Source of the DNA: Geosiphon pyriformis uo1 | Lineage: Eukaryota > Fungi > Glomeromycota | Direction: 5' to 3' | Length of the DNA: 50,905 bases | NCBI GenBank assembly: GCA_016748015.1 | Contig: JAAOMT010000333.1 | Location: forward strand, 1-50,905 | Shown: piece after piece, positions 10,090 to 22,464 of the stretch | Layout of the letters: every line of letters starts with the position of its first letter | Position numbering within the stretch: the stretch's first letter is position 1 | Program-made: the position numbers and the translations under genes | Notes under the pieces: generated by a model | The model's input: the letters and a program-made list of their open reading frames with translations, nothing else | Databases searched by the model: none | Told to the model about the DNA's origin: nothing

Positions 10090-10950
10090 TGTTACAGATA
10101 ATTATTTGGGGTCTCAAATCAAATAACAAATCTGTAACTTGGTGCTTGGTTGGTATTTTAGTGTTGATATCTGAAGGTTTTGTTGTGGAGTTTTTTGTAT
10201 AATTGACAGAGATTTAATTAATGGTTTTATTTGTAGCTTCCCAAAACCACAGTTTTGTCAAATTTTTTTCTCAGCATGGTGGCTGGTAATCCTCCTGGTA
10301 AGCTATTCTCAAATTTATGAGTGTTTTATCCTTGTTTTACGGGTCTTTTACCAATCACTATGATGTCTGTGTCTCAGCACTTTTAATCCTTAATCAATTA
10401 ATATACAATTATAAAATCAATAAATAAAAAAAAATAAAAAAAAATAAAATAAAGAAATGAACCAAGACAATGCACAAGTTAGTATTCTGTCAATAGCTGT
10501 GATCAAGAGCTATTGTTCTAGTGAGGTTAATTATCAATTACTATCAACATTTCATGTTGATAGTAGAGAGTGAATTGAGATAGTGAATAATTATTTATTA
10601 ATATTTGTAATGTAAAAGGTTTCTAACTGATGAATTCTGTTCTTTCTACTTTTAGCACTACTGTTATATATACATAATTTGGGTTCTATGAGATCACTCA
10701 CATTCTCAAGCGATGTGCTATAATTTCTCAAGCAATACTCACATTGCTGAGCAATGTGTCATATTTTCTTAACATTGCTTCATATTGCTGAGCAATGTGC
10801 TGTGATTTCTTATATTGTTCTACATTGCTGAGCAATGTGCCATGATTTCTGACATTGCTCCACATTGCTGAGCAATGTGCTCACATGCTAACTATTACTT
10901 GCTTATTGGTCTACTATTTTTCTATATCTGTTTTCTTTTTATGAGTAACA
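10090..10950 (-). repeat. Solo LTR C (A-type R/U5) inserted antisense into LTR A1
   Basis: TGTTAC...GTAACA ends; R/U5 homologous to A1; flanks ATGG/ACAG fit a decayed ACGG TSD; U3 has CACATTGCTGAGCAATGTG palindromic repeats (~10700-10885). Confidence 0.88.
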
Positions 10951-11113
10951 ACAGGAAAGACAACAATTGAATCTCTGTTTATTATACAAAGAACTCCACA
11001 ACAAAACCTTAAGATACAACCAACATACCAATATTACCAGCATTATCAAGACATTGAGCACCAAGTTACAGATTTGTTATTTGATTTAAGACCCCAAATA
11101 AACATCTGTAACA

Positions 11114-13550
11114 ACACACAAAAATATTAATAACTTTAACATTATATTAATAATCAACAGTTCAAAAAAAATTATCTTAAAAAAAACAAAACAACATAAA
11201 ACAACAATTAAAATACTTTATCATTTACCAAAATATATTATATTAAAAAAACAAAAAAAATCTAAACCAGCCACTTAAAGTAATTACAGAACTAAAAAAA
11301 GAAACAATACTATTCAACATATACTTAAATCTAACAGCAGAACATTTTAATAAAGAAGCAATTATAAAAAGAACCAGAAAAAAATATTATTGGTCATTCA
11401 TGTATCTAAACATCATTCAATATATACAAAATTGTAATGCTTGTTAAAAAAGAGAAGGAACAAAACTTAATAAACTATTAAAACCAATTAAAGTAAAACA
11501 ACTATTTAACTAAATTAAAATCAACTTAATTGAACTATTAACAATATCCAGCAAAAACAATAGATATATAACAGTAGTTATGGACTATTTTATAAAATAG
11601 CCAAAACCAAAACCAATTCAAAGAGCAGATGCAAAATTTGTAGCCAAATTTATTTACCAAAATTTGATTTGTTAATATGGATGTCCAAAAAAATTGGTAT
11701 TAGACCAAGGAATTTACTTTGTAAACAGAACATTAACAAAATTAAGTCAAAGATTTGGAATTAAAAAACCATTATTATTACTATATTATTTACAAATAAA
11801 TAACTTAGTTGAAAGATTTAATAGAACATTGTGTAAAACAATAGCCAAGATTAACCAAAAAAACCAAGACAAATAGGATTTGTTTATACTATTAATATTA
11901 TTTGTTTATTGAACAATAAAACAAGATATTATACAAACAATATTATTTGAACTAATTTATAATAGAACAACAATATTACCAATTAAGATAGATATTAATA
12001 CATATCTGATTGAATCAATAATAGAAACCAACTTTCAAAAAATATTGCTAAGAAGAATATATAATTTAATAAAAACATTAGAAAACAAAAGATAAAGAAC
12101 AGTTAATAACATTTAAAAGTCATAAGTAAAACAAAAAAAATAACATAATAACCAATTACTAGATAAACCAATTGAATTTAGAATTGAAAACAAATACTTT
12201 TATATTATATCAAAGCAGAAAAACAATAGAGTGAAAAATTTGATCCCAAATGGAATAGACTATTTTATATTAAAAAAATTCTAAGAAATAAAGCTTATAA
12301 ATTAAGATAAAACAATAAACTTTTAGCTAAAGCAGCACATAAAGATTGACTAAAATCATATTACAATATAACATTATTATTTACCAGTAATATTTCACAA
12401 CTAGAAGTCCAATAAATACTAATTCAACCAGATGAGATTTCATGAAATCTAGAACAAATTATAATTATTGATACAAACACATTAAATTAATCTACAAAAA
12501 CTGTATATAAAGAATCAATACGTATGATAAAAACAAATAAAAAGATGTAAATTACTAATAACATTTACTCACTAGTTTAACAACTATTTTAATTGTTCAA
12601 ACATCAAAAAATGAATATAGAAATCACAATTAATTAACAAACCATTTAATATACAGAAAAAAATAGAAATTTTAATATAAAGTATAATATAAAATATATA
12701 AAAAATATAAAAATATAATAAAAAATATAATAGCAAAAGTAAAAATATCTATAAAAACACCAAAAACGGCTGGTCTGTGCAAGACACCGAACCATTATGG
12801 AGAAGAATAAGCTGATTCCACATGATGGCTCTGTTCCTGTCTCCATTTCCAGTTTTGCTTCCCAGCTTTCAGCTGGTGTGGTTAGGTTGTTGAGTGTTGC
12901 TAATGCACTCGGCATTAGTTTTGGATTTCACAAGTCTTGTTTGTTTTTTGCGGGTATTAGTGACATGGTTTCTGTTGGTATAAGTGCATAGTGTTGTTCT
13001 GACTGGTCTGAATGGCTGGTTACATGTAAGAAAAGCATGATTCACACCTAGTTTAGATCATTTAAATGATGTATAGTTCTAGGTAGCATTTGGATCTTAC
13101 TCGTTAAATGATAAAAAAAAAAAAAAAAACACCAAAAACAATAGTACTATATAAGAAGTTAACAGAAAAAAATTAAAAATAATAAACACAACAATTTTCA
13201 AAAAACTTTTGCTATTATTACTTGAAACAAAAGCTTAATATTCAGAACTTATATACAGATAAAACAAAACAGATATTTAATATGATAATATTACAACAAT
13301 TCAAACAATTTAAAAAAAAAAACAATCTAGTTACACAAAGACAAGCAATATACCAGTTACAAACAGAATTCCAAAACTGTCTAAAAATACTACTATACTC
13401 AATAATAAACATAATAACTATTAATCAATTAAAAAAAATTACTAATGTCCAATTTAAAAAATTGCAAACCAATATTGTACAAGTAATTTTTAAGAAAAAA
13501 ATTATAGAGCTAAGCATAGACAAAATTCAAGCTTGACAAAATTAAAAACA
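11114..13550 (+). mobile_element. Strongly decayed Gypsy fragment D: integrase plus ORF3
   Basis: Colinear with 1-1601 (LDQGIYFVNRTL, LVERFNRTLC; ORF3 IQNLYTDKTK); interrupted by a LINE tail. Confidence 0.88.
12768..13124 (+). mobile_element. 5'-truncated LINE (ORF2 C-terminus, 3'UTR, poly-A)
   Basis: Homologous to ~21447-21802; 15-bp TSD aaaaacaccaaaaac at 12753-12767 and 13125-13139. Confidence 0.93.
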
Positions 13551-13885
13551 TATTAGAAAAATATTAACTATATACAATTATATAAAATCTATTTATAATA
13601 TTATTAGTAAAAAAAATTTTGATTTTTTGCTTACTATAAGTTGATTTTTTTATATAAGTTGTTACTGAGTATTATTTTTTGTATTCAATTCAAATTTCTC
13701 AAAAAAAATTTTTGCACTGCAATTTTTTTAAATTGTAAATAATAATCTTGTATATATATTTCAATTTTTTTGTTAATAATTAAAAGAGTTTTTATAATTG
13801 CTTTTTTGGTGATTGAAGTTAAATATAATAGCAAGTTTTGATAATATTTTCTGTTTTGTCCAAATGGTAGTAAATTTTAATATGT

Positions 13886-14870
13886 TGTTACCTAAATAAA
13901 AAAACCAATCTAAAAAATATTAGAAAAAATATAATTAAAAATGTGATAATTTAAAAAAATATAATAACACAAAATAATACAGAATAATATATTATAACTT
14001 AAAATAATACAAGATAATACACAATAACATAAAATAACTAGCTATAATATAGAATAACTAATAATAGTATAAAAAAATAAAGCAACAACAAAAATAGCAA
14101 GCAATAGCTAGTAATAATAAGCAATCAAAAGTAATTTTGTAAAAATTGAAATATATATAAAAACAAATAATTTTAGCAATAAAGAAAGATAGAAAAACAG
14201 ACAAATAAAAAATATATTTTTTTACTTATATTTGTTAAATTCATTTTATCTAAATATCTATATTACTATAAATAAAGAAAATAATTGAAACCCAAATTCA
14301 CTTAAACATAATTTATAAATTTCATGTTTAATTTAAACTAATTATTCTTTTACTTTTGTTTTTGGTTAGATGCTTTTAGCATAAAACTGCTTCAAACATA
14401 ATAACTTAAACCAATTGCTTTTAATTATAGCAATTGATAAAACTAATTTTCTTTTATTTTTATTTTTATTTTTATTTTTATTTTTTATTTTGTGAAGTGG
14501 CAATATTGTAAAATTAACTATTTGGGAATAAACTTTGTAATAATCTGGTAAAAAAAGGAAGCTTCTTCTAAGATTAGATATTAACATTATCTTATTAGCT
14601 TATCAGAAAAATAAAAAGACACTACCAAACTCTAGTGATTATGATCAATTAGCTCAGAGAAAATAATTTATATACTTAAGCCACAAACAGTCAAAACATC
14701 TTTTTGTGCTTTATAACCAAAGAATTCTACAAGTAAAATTAGTAAAAACCTTTAAAGACTGATATTAATAACTTATCTTAAGTATTTAAAATAAAAACTT
14801 TTAGGCTCTCTTTATTTAAATTTAGAGTACTAAATATTACTATGATATCCTATTAAGTTTACTTGTAACA
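13886..14870 (+). repeat. Solo LTR E1
   Basis: TGTTACC...TGTAACA; homologous to the reverse complement of 44203-45069; flanks ATGT/ATAT. Confidence 0.85.
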
Positions 14871-15016
14871 ATATACATAGTACAAAAAATTACTCTTAAT
14901 AATAATTGTTTTTTCTAAAATTTTCAGATTTTCTTGAAAATAATTATTTTCAATTGTTTTAATAATTATTACTTTTTGTAAGTTTTCAAGATATTCTGTC
15001 TTTGTGGATTTTATAA

Positions 15017-15033
15017 TCTTATAAAGAGTACCA
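15017..15033 (-). promoter_or_regulatory. Decayed PBS of element E2
   Basis: TGGTACTCTTTATAAGA, 2 nt from the LTR E2 end; differs from the element B PBS only by transitions. Confidence 0.65.
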
Positions 15034-15209
15034 AATATTTTAAATTAACTTGGTAGATTTTAATTATAAATAAAAAACTTCTTTCTCTCTTTCATCTCAA
15101 ATTCCCAAAAAAGAGTCAAAAGTTTTAGTGAAAGAAGTTTTTAGCCATTCAATATAACAAATCCAAACTGTTTTTTGATTTTGAGACCACCATTGGCCCT
15201 ATTATTGCT

Positions 15210-17005
15210 GTTATAAAGAAGGTTGCAAAAGATTTTGGTGCTGGTGGTGGTTTTGGACCTGTCCTATCAAGAAAGAAAAAAAAAGGTGGTGTTTTGGCTG
15301 AGTGTTTTAGTAAGAGGAGGTATTATTGAAACAACTGAAAATCACTCACAAAATTCTGAGACTGGTGACACTACCAAGTCTGAGAGTGTTGACATGGAGG
15401 AAGAGTGCCTTATTGAGAAGACCAGTATTGATTATGGTAAAAGGGATGTATTTGATGGTAGAGACTCCAACCAAACACTGAAGAGTTCAGGTATCAAAAT
15501 TAAGACCAAAAAAGTATTGGGCAAAATCAACTTTAAGGATGGCTTTGATAATGGTGATTTTTTGGATGAGTCTGCTCTCTTTCTACCTTCTCTTCTGCTT
15601 AAATTTTCAGTTCATGTTTCTGTTCACAAATCCTTTGCTTTGGATATCAATTTGGTGGCTGTTACTGGGAAATCCTCTTAGGAAAAATTGAATTTTATCA
15701 AAAAATTTTTTTCAGGTGTGAATGGTTTTGGGGGGGGCCTCTACTCCCTCAAAATTTGGTGGGATAATTCGTGTGACTTTTACTTCTGAAATGGCAATAA
15801 TGGCTGTGGAAAAATTGGCTCATGATTGTGGTGTTGTAGTAAACACCAATCTTAAGCATCTGGTAAACAATTGTACAAATTGGGATATTGTGATTAAGGA
15901 GATTCCTATTGGTACATTGATTGAGACAGTGTGCACAGCTATTTCCGAACTTGGGATTGTTGTGTCAATCAAAATGCAATTAGTAGGGCTGTGGCAAAAA
16001 GCAATTGTCACTTTGGGAGATTCTGATTAGGCTGATTTGTTAACATCCAAGTGGTCTATTCTTATTGGGAAAAATGCGGTCCGGGTGGCCAGAGCTGATG
16101 TGGATAAACAGACATGGGATTCCAGAAATGAGTTTAAGGCGTTGCTTTACACTTTTCCTGTGAGAACCAATACACATGATCTTTGGAATTTTATTGGTTC
16201 AGTGGATAGGAAAACATGTGTTATTGAGCACAATTCAGTTAACTACACTTGAGCACACTGCACCATAGTGTGTTTTGAGTCTAAGAGTGATCTAAATTGG
16301 GCTCTGGCCAACACTCCAATGATAAATGGTGTCAGATTTTGTTGGTCATGCCTGTTTGCTGCTTTGTGTTCCTCTTGCAATTCTCTTGGTCATATATTTA
16401 GGAATTGTAAATTAGCTGGTGTGTCTTTGAGTTTGAAGGGCAAGAGAGCTTCTCTTTCGGCTCAGGATTGGTTTAGATTGATGAAAATTTATGAAAGGAA
16501 GTCTGCTCCTGTTTTTCATCCTTTGGCCTTTAGTGGAAAGACTTGGGTGTCAGTAGTTGGCTCTGTTCCTTTGGGCACTTCTCTTGGATATGACTCTCAG
16601 CTTGGTTCCATTAGAAATGGTAAACCTCTTCCTTCAGTGGTGAATAATTTGGAAAAACATTTGGTTAGAATTGAAAGCAGTCTTGTCAGCCTCGCGGAAC
16701 AAATTGGTGAGTTGGCTAAGAGGTTGGAATCATTTATGCCAACAGTTTCTCAGTCTAGCCCTAGATGTCAGCTGCTGGTAACCCCTCTATTACAGAATTA
16801 AGGGAAGGATATAATGATGGGAGTGGGTTTGGGTAATGCCACTAGTGACAAGACTGCTGCCATTTCAGATTCAACTGCCTCACCTAAGGTTGTAAAATTG
16901 GAAAACATGTTGGAAGGTCTCTCTGCTTTGGTTATGAGCCTATCAGCATGCTTGGATGGTTTGGCTTTGGCAGGTAGTGCTCCTTTTTTATCTTTTTCTC
17001 AATGA
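15210..17005 (+). pseudogene. LINE ORF1 (RRM-like, CCHC, coiled coil)
   Basis: VIKEIPIG...LWQKAIVTL (RRM-like), CSSCNSLGHIFRNC, heptad segment LEKHLVRIESSL; start approximate. Confidence 0.82.
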
Positions 17006-20000
17006 GTAGTTTGGTATGGAAAATTGCTATGTGTAATATTTGTGGGTTGAACAATTCTGCAAAGCAAGATGATGTCATTTGTTGGCACAAGGATATGAAC
17101 AATTTGGTTTCTATTTTTATGGAGTCAAAACTTAAAGGGAAAGTTCACCCATGGTTGACCAACAAATTTGATGGTGTTTGGGTTTTTATTTTTAGTCTGG
17201 ATTCTGGTTCTTTGAGTATTGGTGTGTTGATCGTCATAAATTCTTCTTTAGCAAAACATGTCTGCAAGGTCTTTGAGGTGCCTGGTCGGCTCCTATTCAT
17301 CAAGTTGCTTTTCAAAAATAAACTTTCAGTGTCTATTTTGGGGCTCTATGCTGGTGTTTCATCAGTGGTTCAGTTTTCTCAGACTGGTGAAATCAACTCT
17401 CTTATTGCTAAAGCCATTAATAAGTCTTTTTTTGTCGTCCTTAGTGGTGATTTTAATGAAAATGGTTCTTGAAAGTGTGCAAGTTTCAAAAAGTGCCTTG
17501 AGTTGGGGTTGGTTAACTCTTTGATTAGAAGTCTAGCCATTAAGATGTTCACTTGGGCAAATTCTAGGGGTGTCATGAAAACTATTAATTACATATTTGT
17601 TTCACCAAATCTGGTCAATTTTTTGGTACATCGCAGTGTTTCAGACATTAGTGAATATTTTGATACAGACCACTAGGCTGTGTCTGTGTCTGTAGGCTTG
17701 GACAGTTTATTAGATACACACTTGTTTTCTCTTTGTAAGCAGGCGAATAAAAATCATTGGAAATTTGATGTCAAAAATGCCAGTAAGGCTAAATAGCTTG
17801 AGTTTAAGGATGCTATAACTGCTAATACTACTATGTTTTCAGGTGCGTTTGGTGTTGCTGTGAAGTTTTCTGATCTTGGCACTATGTGGAATGTCATTCA
17901 TAAGATCATGGTTCTCTCAACTGGTGGTGCTTTCAAGAAAAAATGGTTTAAAGGTTTTGATACAGTTCGCAATAAAGTGTCATCTAGGTTTCATAAGCTG
18001 GAGCTATTGGTTTCCAAGCTGGTAAAGGCTTCTTATTTGAGTTCTAGTGTCAGTTTTGCTTTACTTTTGGGTACATGGAACAACCTTGACTCTGCTGGTG
18101 CTTCGACAGTAAGATCTATGTTTTTTTCTGGTGCTAAATTTGATGACATTTGTTCTGCTCTGGCCAAAGCAAGAAAGTTATACTGCTCTTCTAAATTGCT
18201 GGAGTCCAAGTGCACTGAAGAATTTCACATTAGGCAAGCTATTACCAATAGGATGGAGAGTTTTGAACTGGATAAGAGTCATATAATTAGAAGTGTATTG
18301 GAATGGTCCTTTCACAAAGTGGTTTTAGACCATCTGGTCATGGACAATGAGTTAGTTCTTGAACCTGATTTGGTTAAGTCCAAGGTAAATGCTATCATGA
18401 AAAAATGGACCAGAAAGCATATGGTGGTTGATGATATCTCTAATACTTGGTCTTGTCAATACCAACCTTTGGACTATGTCTTTGATGATGCTTTTTCTGA
18501 GGTGATGAGTAAGATTGATTTTGATGAGTTGTATTATGTGATAACTAATCTTCCAGATAAGAAAGCTGCTGGTCTTTTGGGCATCTTTAATAAGCTTTGG
18601 AAACATTGTGATAAGTCAGTTTTGGGTTTGCTTTTGGTTTTTTTGAATTCTTGTTTGTTTTGTGAGTTGGTATTTGGTCTTTAGAAGGAAGCTTGGGTTT
18701 TAATGATTCCCAAATCTTATGAGTGAAAGGGTGTTTTCACAAATACTTGTTTTATTGCCTTGATCAAAACAGCTTGTAAGATTCTATCCAAGATTCTTTT
18801 AGATAAGATCTTATTGGCTTGCAGCTCATATAATGTTCTGAGTGGTAACAATTTTTCAGTTCTAAAGGGTATAACAACTCAGTCTCCTATTTTTGTGGTT
18901 GGCTTGGTAATTGAGGATGCTTTGGAAAAAAACCAGGAACTTTGGCTTGTTCTATAGGACATGCAGAAGGCATATGATTTGGTTGGCTGAGAGCACCTTA
19001 AAAAGAGCTTGGTCAGGATCAAAATGTGTAGTAAATTTGTTTGCTTTTTTGGTAGTATTCATAGGGACCGAATCAACTGTGTTATAACAGATTTTGGTTT
19101 GACAGATGGTTACCAAGTGTTTGATGGATTGAACCAAAGTGAAGTTTTTTTCTCTCTGCTGTGGCACATATTTTATGATTCTTTTTTGTGTGAAGTCAAG
19201 CATCAAAAGAATGTGTATAGTTACAGGCTCAATTCTTATTTTGTTTCTGGGAATGGTCACACTGAGTCTCAGGCTGGGTTTTCTACTTCCTTGCTGCTAG
19301 TGTCTTTGTTGATGATATTATTTGGGTTGGTAGCAGTTAGGCTGCTACTCAACATATTCTCAACATTGCTAGTGAATTTTTTCAAGTCAATGACATTTTA
19401 ATTAATAATAACAAAACTGTGGTCATTCTAATCAACAGCAGAGTCAGTGTTCCATCTTTTTTTATTAGTGGTTCACCTATTTTTGTTGCCCATAGAGGGG
19501 AACCTCATCAGTATTTCAGTATCTTTTTGTTAACTGAGAGTCTTTCAAAGTCTAGCTTGGCTAAAGCACATTCAAATGTTTGTTTATTTACTAATTTAGT
19601 TCTAAGAAAGGTGGTTTTGGATAAACAGTTCTTGTATCTGGTGTTAGCAGTTTTTCATCCCATAATTGGCTACAGAATGCAGTTTAGCAGTATTTCTGTT
19701 AGTGTGTGCAATAAATGAAATGCTCTGATTTGCAAGGGTTTGAAGCTAAAAGCTGGTTTCCCGATAGACTTTCCCAGTGATACTATTTACCATCCTTCTT
19801 TTTATGGTTTAAAATCATTTTTACAGTGTCAATCTGAGAGTAAAGTAACTTCACTTATTAGTTTTGCGAACTCTGGCAGGATCTTGGGGCATCTGTTCAG
19901 TCACATAACTTACAGGTTCTGTATTGGCAGTCCATTTACCCATTGATTTCTCCTGCTTGTATTTATGTTAGTGTTTCTAATAATTTCTTGGCTGGTATAG

Positions 20001-21670
20001 TTTGCATTCTCCTTGATTGCAATTTGTCTTTGGGTGGCTCTTTGACCAGTGCTTTTCAGTTTCACGATGGGATTCCTATGTTTGTCATTCTTGGCAAGTC
20101 TTTGTTTTTCAAGTTTTTACCTTCTCGCCAGTGTTTTGGCATTGCCTTCATGGATCAGCTTCGTGATCATCATGGCGTTGTTTTTAGCTGGTGCACCTTC
20201 AAGTGGTGGAAGAAACTGGACCTTTGTGGCCAGTTCCTGAATAGTTTGGACTTTTTGTTGCATTTTTTACAGCTTTTCATTCATCTTCCACAGCCTCAGT
20301 TGGTGCTGGCTCTCTTAACTTTTGTGTCTGATAATTTTGTGGCTGCCTGTAGTTGTTTTTCCCAGATTGATATTGATAGTTTGTCTGTATATACGAATGG
20401 TTCTTTAAAAAATTTGGGTACAGTTGATTGTAGAGCTGGGGCTACTGTTTTTTTTGAGGACATTGATTTGGGTTTGGGTGTCAGTGTTCAGGGTTTAGTG
20501 TTATCTACTTTAGCTGAATTACAGGCTATAGCATTGGCTTTGAAATGCGTGCCTGCAGCTCATTCTATTGATTTGTTTTCAGATAGTCAAGCAGCTTTAG
20601 ATGCTTGTAGGTCTGAGTTAAGTCTGGTGTGCCCTGACTTTCACAATCAATGTTGGGTCAAGCATTGGCATATTCAGAATGTTATTCACAGTAAAAATTT
20701 GAGAGTTAGTTGGCACAAAGTCAAGGACCACTCTGGCATCTCGGAGAATGACTGTGCTGATAGCATCGCTGATGTTGCATTTCTATCTGGTTGGTATTTT
20801 CCTTCTTGTGTGGATGGACACTTTTTGTTGGTGGATGGTAGTGTTGTTTCTGGTAATTTTAGACACTTTGTTCGAGATGTTTATCATGCAGTTTGTCATG
20901 CATGCTGGGAGGTCGGTTCCAGTTCTGGATTTCTGGCTAGTAGTTTGCATTCAGATGTTAACTGGCTCAGCTTTTCTAGGGTTTAGCACCCTGATTTGAA
21001 TATGGCCACTGGTTTCACTAGCAGGCTCACAGCTGATACTCGTACTTATCTTATGAAGGCTTTGCACCATCAGCTTTCTGTGGCTGTCCAGAAGCACATT
21101 TACAATAAATGTTATCCTAGTGTCTTGTGTCTGTATTGTGGTAAGGTAGAGGTTTCTGATCATGTGTTTTTTTGTGCGGTTGATGATTCAGCTTGTTGTC
21201 AGGTTCTGGAATCCTACATGTTTTATTAGAGGTCACTTTCTGGGCTCTCTCTTCCCTCTTCAGTTGTATTGCAGTTGATATCAACCTGTGCTTTGGATTT
21301 ACTGGTCTCCTTGGCTCTTTACAAAAATTTTGTTTTCAATGGATGGCTTCAGAAGGCTGTTACTGTCTTCCATGATTCCAAGGTTGCTGGTGTTAAAATT
21401 ACTGATTTTATGCACTCTCTATGCTCTGCTTTTAGAAATAATATTTGGTTGGTCTGTACTAAACATCGTGCTTTTATAGAAAAAAATGGCCTGATTTCAG
21501 TGGACAAATTTATTCTCATCCCAGTTTTTGGTTTGGTTTCGAGGTTGTTGCCTGGTGTGATTAAATTGCTTGGTGTTACTAAAGCCTTTGGTGTCCTTTT
21601 TGGCTTTCGCAAGTCTTGTTTGTTTTTTTCAGATATTGGTAACATAGTTTCTGTTAATATAGTTATATAG
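17002..21670 (+). pseudogene. LINE ORF2: AP endonuclease, RT, RNase H, C-terminal zinc knuckle
   Basis: CNICGLN, GDFN, TDH; DMQKAYD, FVDD; VYTNGS, AELQAI, SDSQA, KVKDHSG..NDCAD; CLYCGKVEVSDHVFFC. Confidence 0.93.
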
Positions 21671-22464
21671 TGTTGTCCTGACTGGCTCAAGTGGCTGGTC
21701 ACGTGTGGTTAAGCACATGATTCATGCCTAGTTTAGATCATTTCATTGATGTATAGTTCTAGATAGTGTTTGGATCTCACTCGTTAAACATAATAAAAAA
21801 AAAATTATAACTTTTAGTGCTTAAAATATGCATATAAAAACTGTAAAATTTTATTAAATTCATAAAATGTGTATTGTTTTTGTTAGTTTCTGAAGGTTTT
21901 TAATATATGTAAATTTATCTATAAAGTTTTTTAGTTATAAAACACAGGATGTATTTTCTAGTAATTTATAATTGTAAATATGAGCTTTTTTTTCAAGTTA
22001 GTTAAGTATAGTTATTAAGATTTAGCATTGTCTTTTTGTTTTTCTAATAAATTAATAAGATAAAATTAGTATTTAATAATAATAAAAGTTTCTTTTTTTT
22101 ATTAGGCTATTATAAAGTTTGTTCTTAAACAATTAATTTTGCTCCACAAAATAAAAATAAAAAAATAAAATAAAAATAAAATAAAAAAATTAGTATCTTG
22201 TTAATTATTATAATCAAAAGCAATTATTTTAGTTATAAAAGTTTTAAAAACATTTATATTAATTACAGCTAACTTAAAATAAAGATAAAAAACAATAATT
22301 AATTAGATTTTAAAATTACCAGATTATCAGAGTTATGTATTTTAAGTTTGATTTATACAATATTTTATTAAAATAAAAAAATTTTTTAAACTAAAGAGAA
22401 GCTAATAATAAAAAATTAAGTCTTGTTTGCTATTTTTTTTTTTACTAAAACTACTTGTTTTTAT

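Larger units (their letters stand above)
1615..11113 (+). repeat. 3' LTR of element A1 (~845 bp net: 1615-2256, 10047-10089, 10955-11113), split by two nested insertions
   Basis: Starts TGTTAC after purine tract aaaaggaagaaataa; ends atctgtaaca; colinear with solo LTR 27122-27981 once the inserts are removed. Confidence 0.88.
15070..21802 (+). mobile_element. Full-length LINE (ORF1 + APE-RT-RNase H-CCHC ORF2), decayed
   Basis: 5' end aaaaacttcttt..caaattc shared with 40750; 3'UTR and poly-A; probable TSD aattataa (15062-15069, 21803-21810). Confidence 0.93.

Noticed and set aside
10695-10890. CRISPR-like array of palindromic repeats
   Set aside because: The spacers resemble each other, the array sits in an LTR U3, the context is eukaryotic and no cas genes are present.
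12992-13124. Hammerhead or HDV ribozyme in the LINE 3'UTR or LTR hairpins
   Set aside because: No CUGANGA/GAAA core or HDV-like nested pseudoknot was recognisable by eye.
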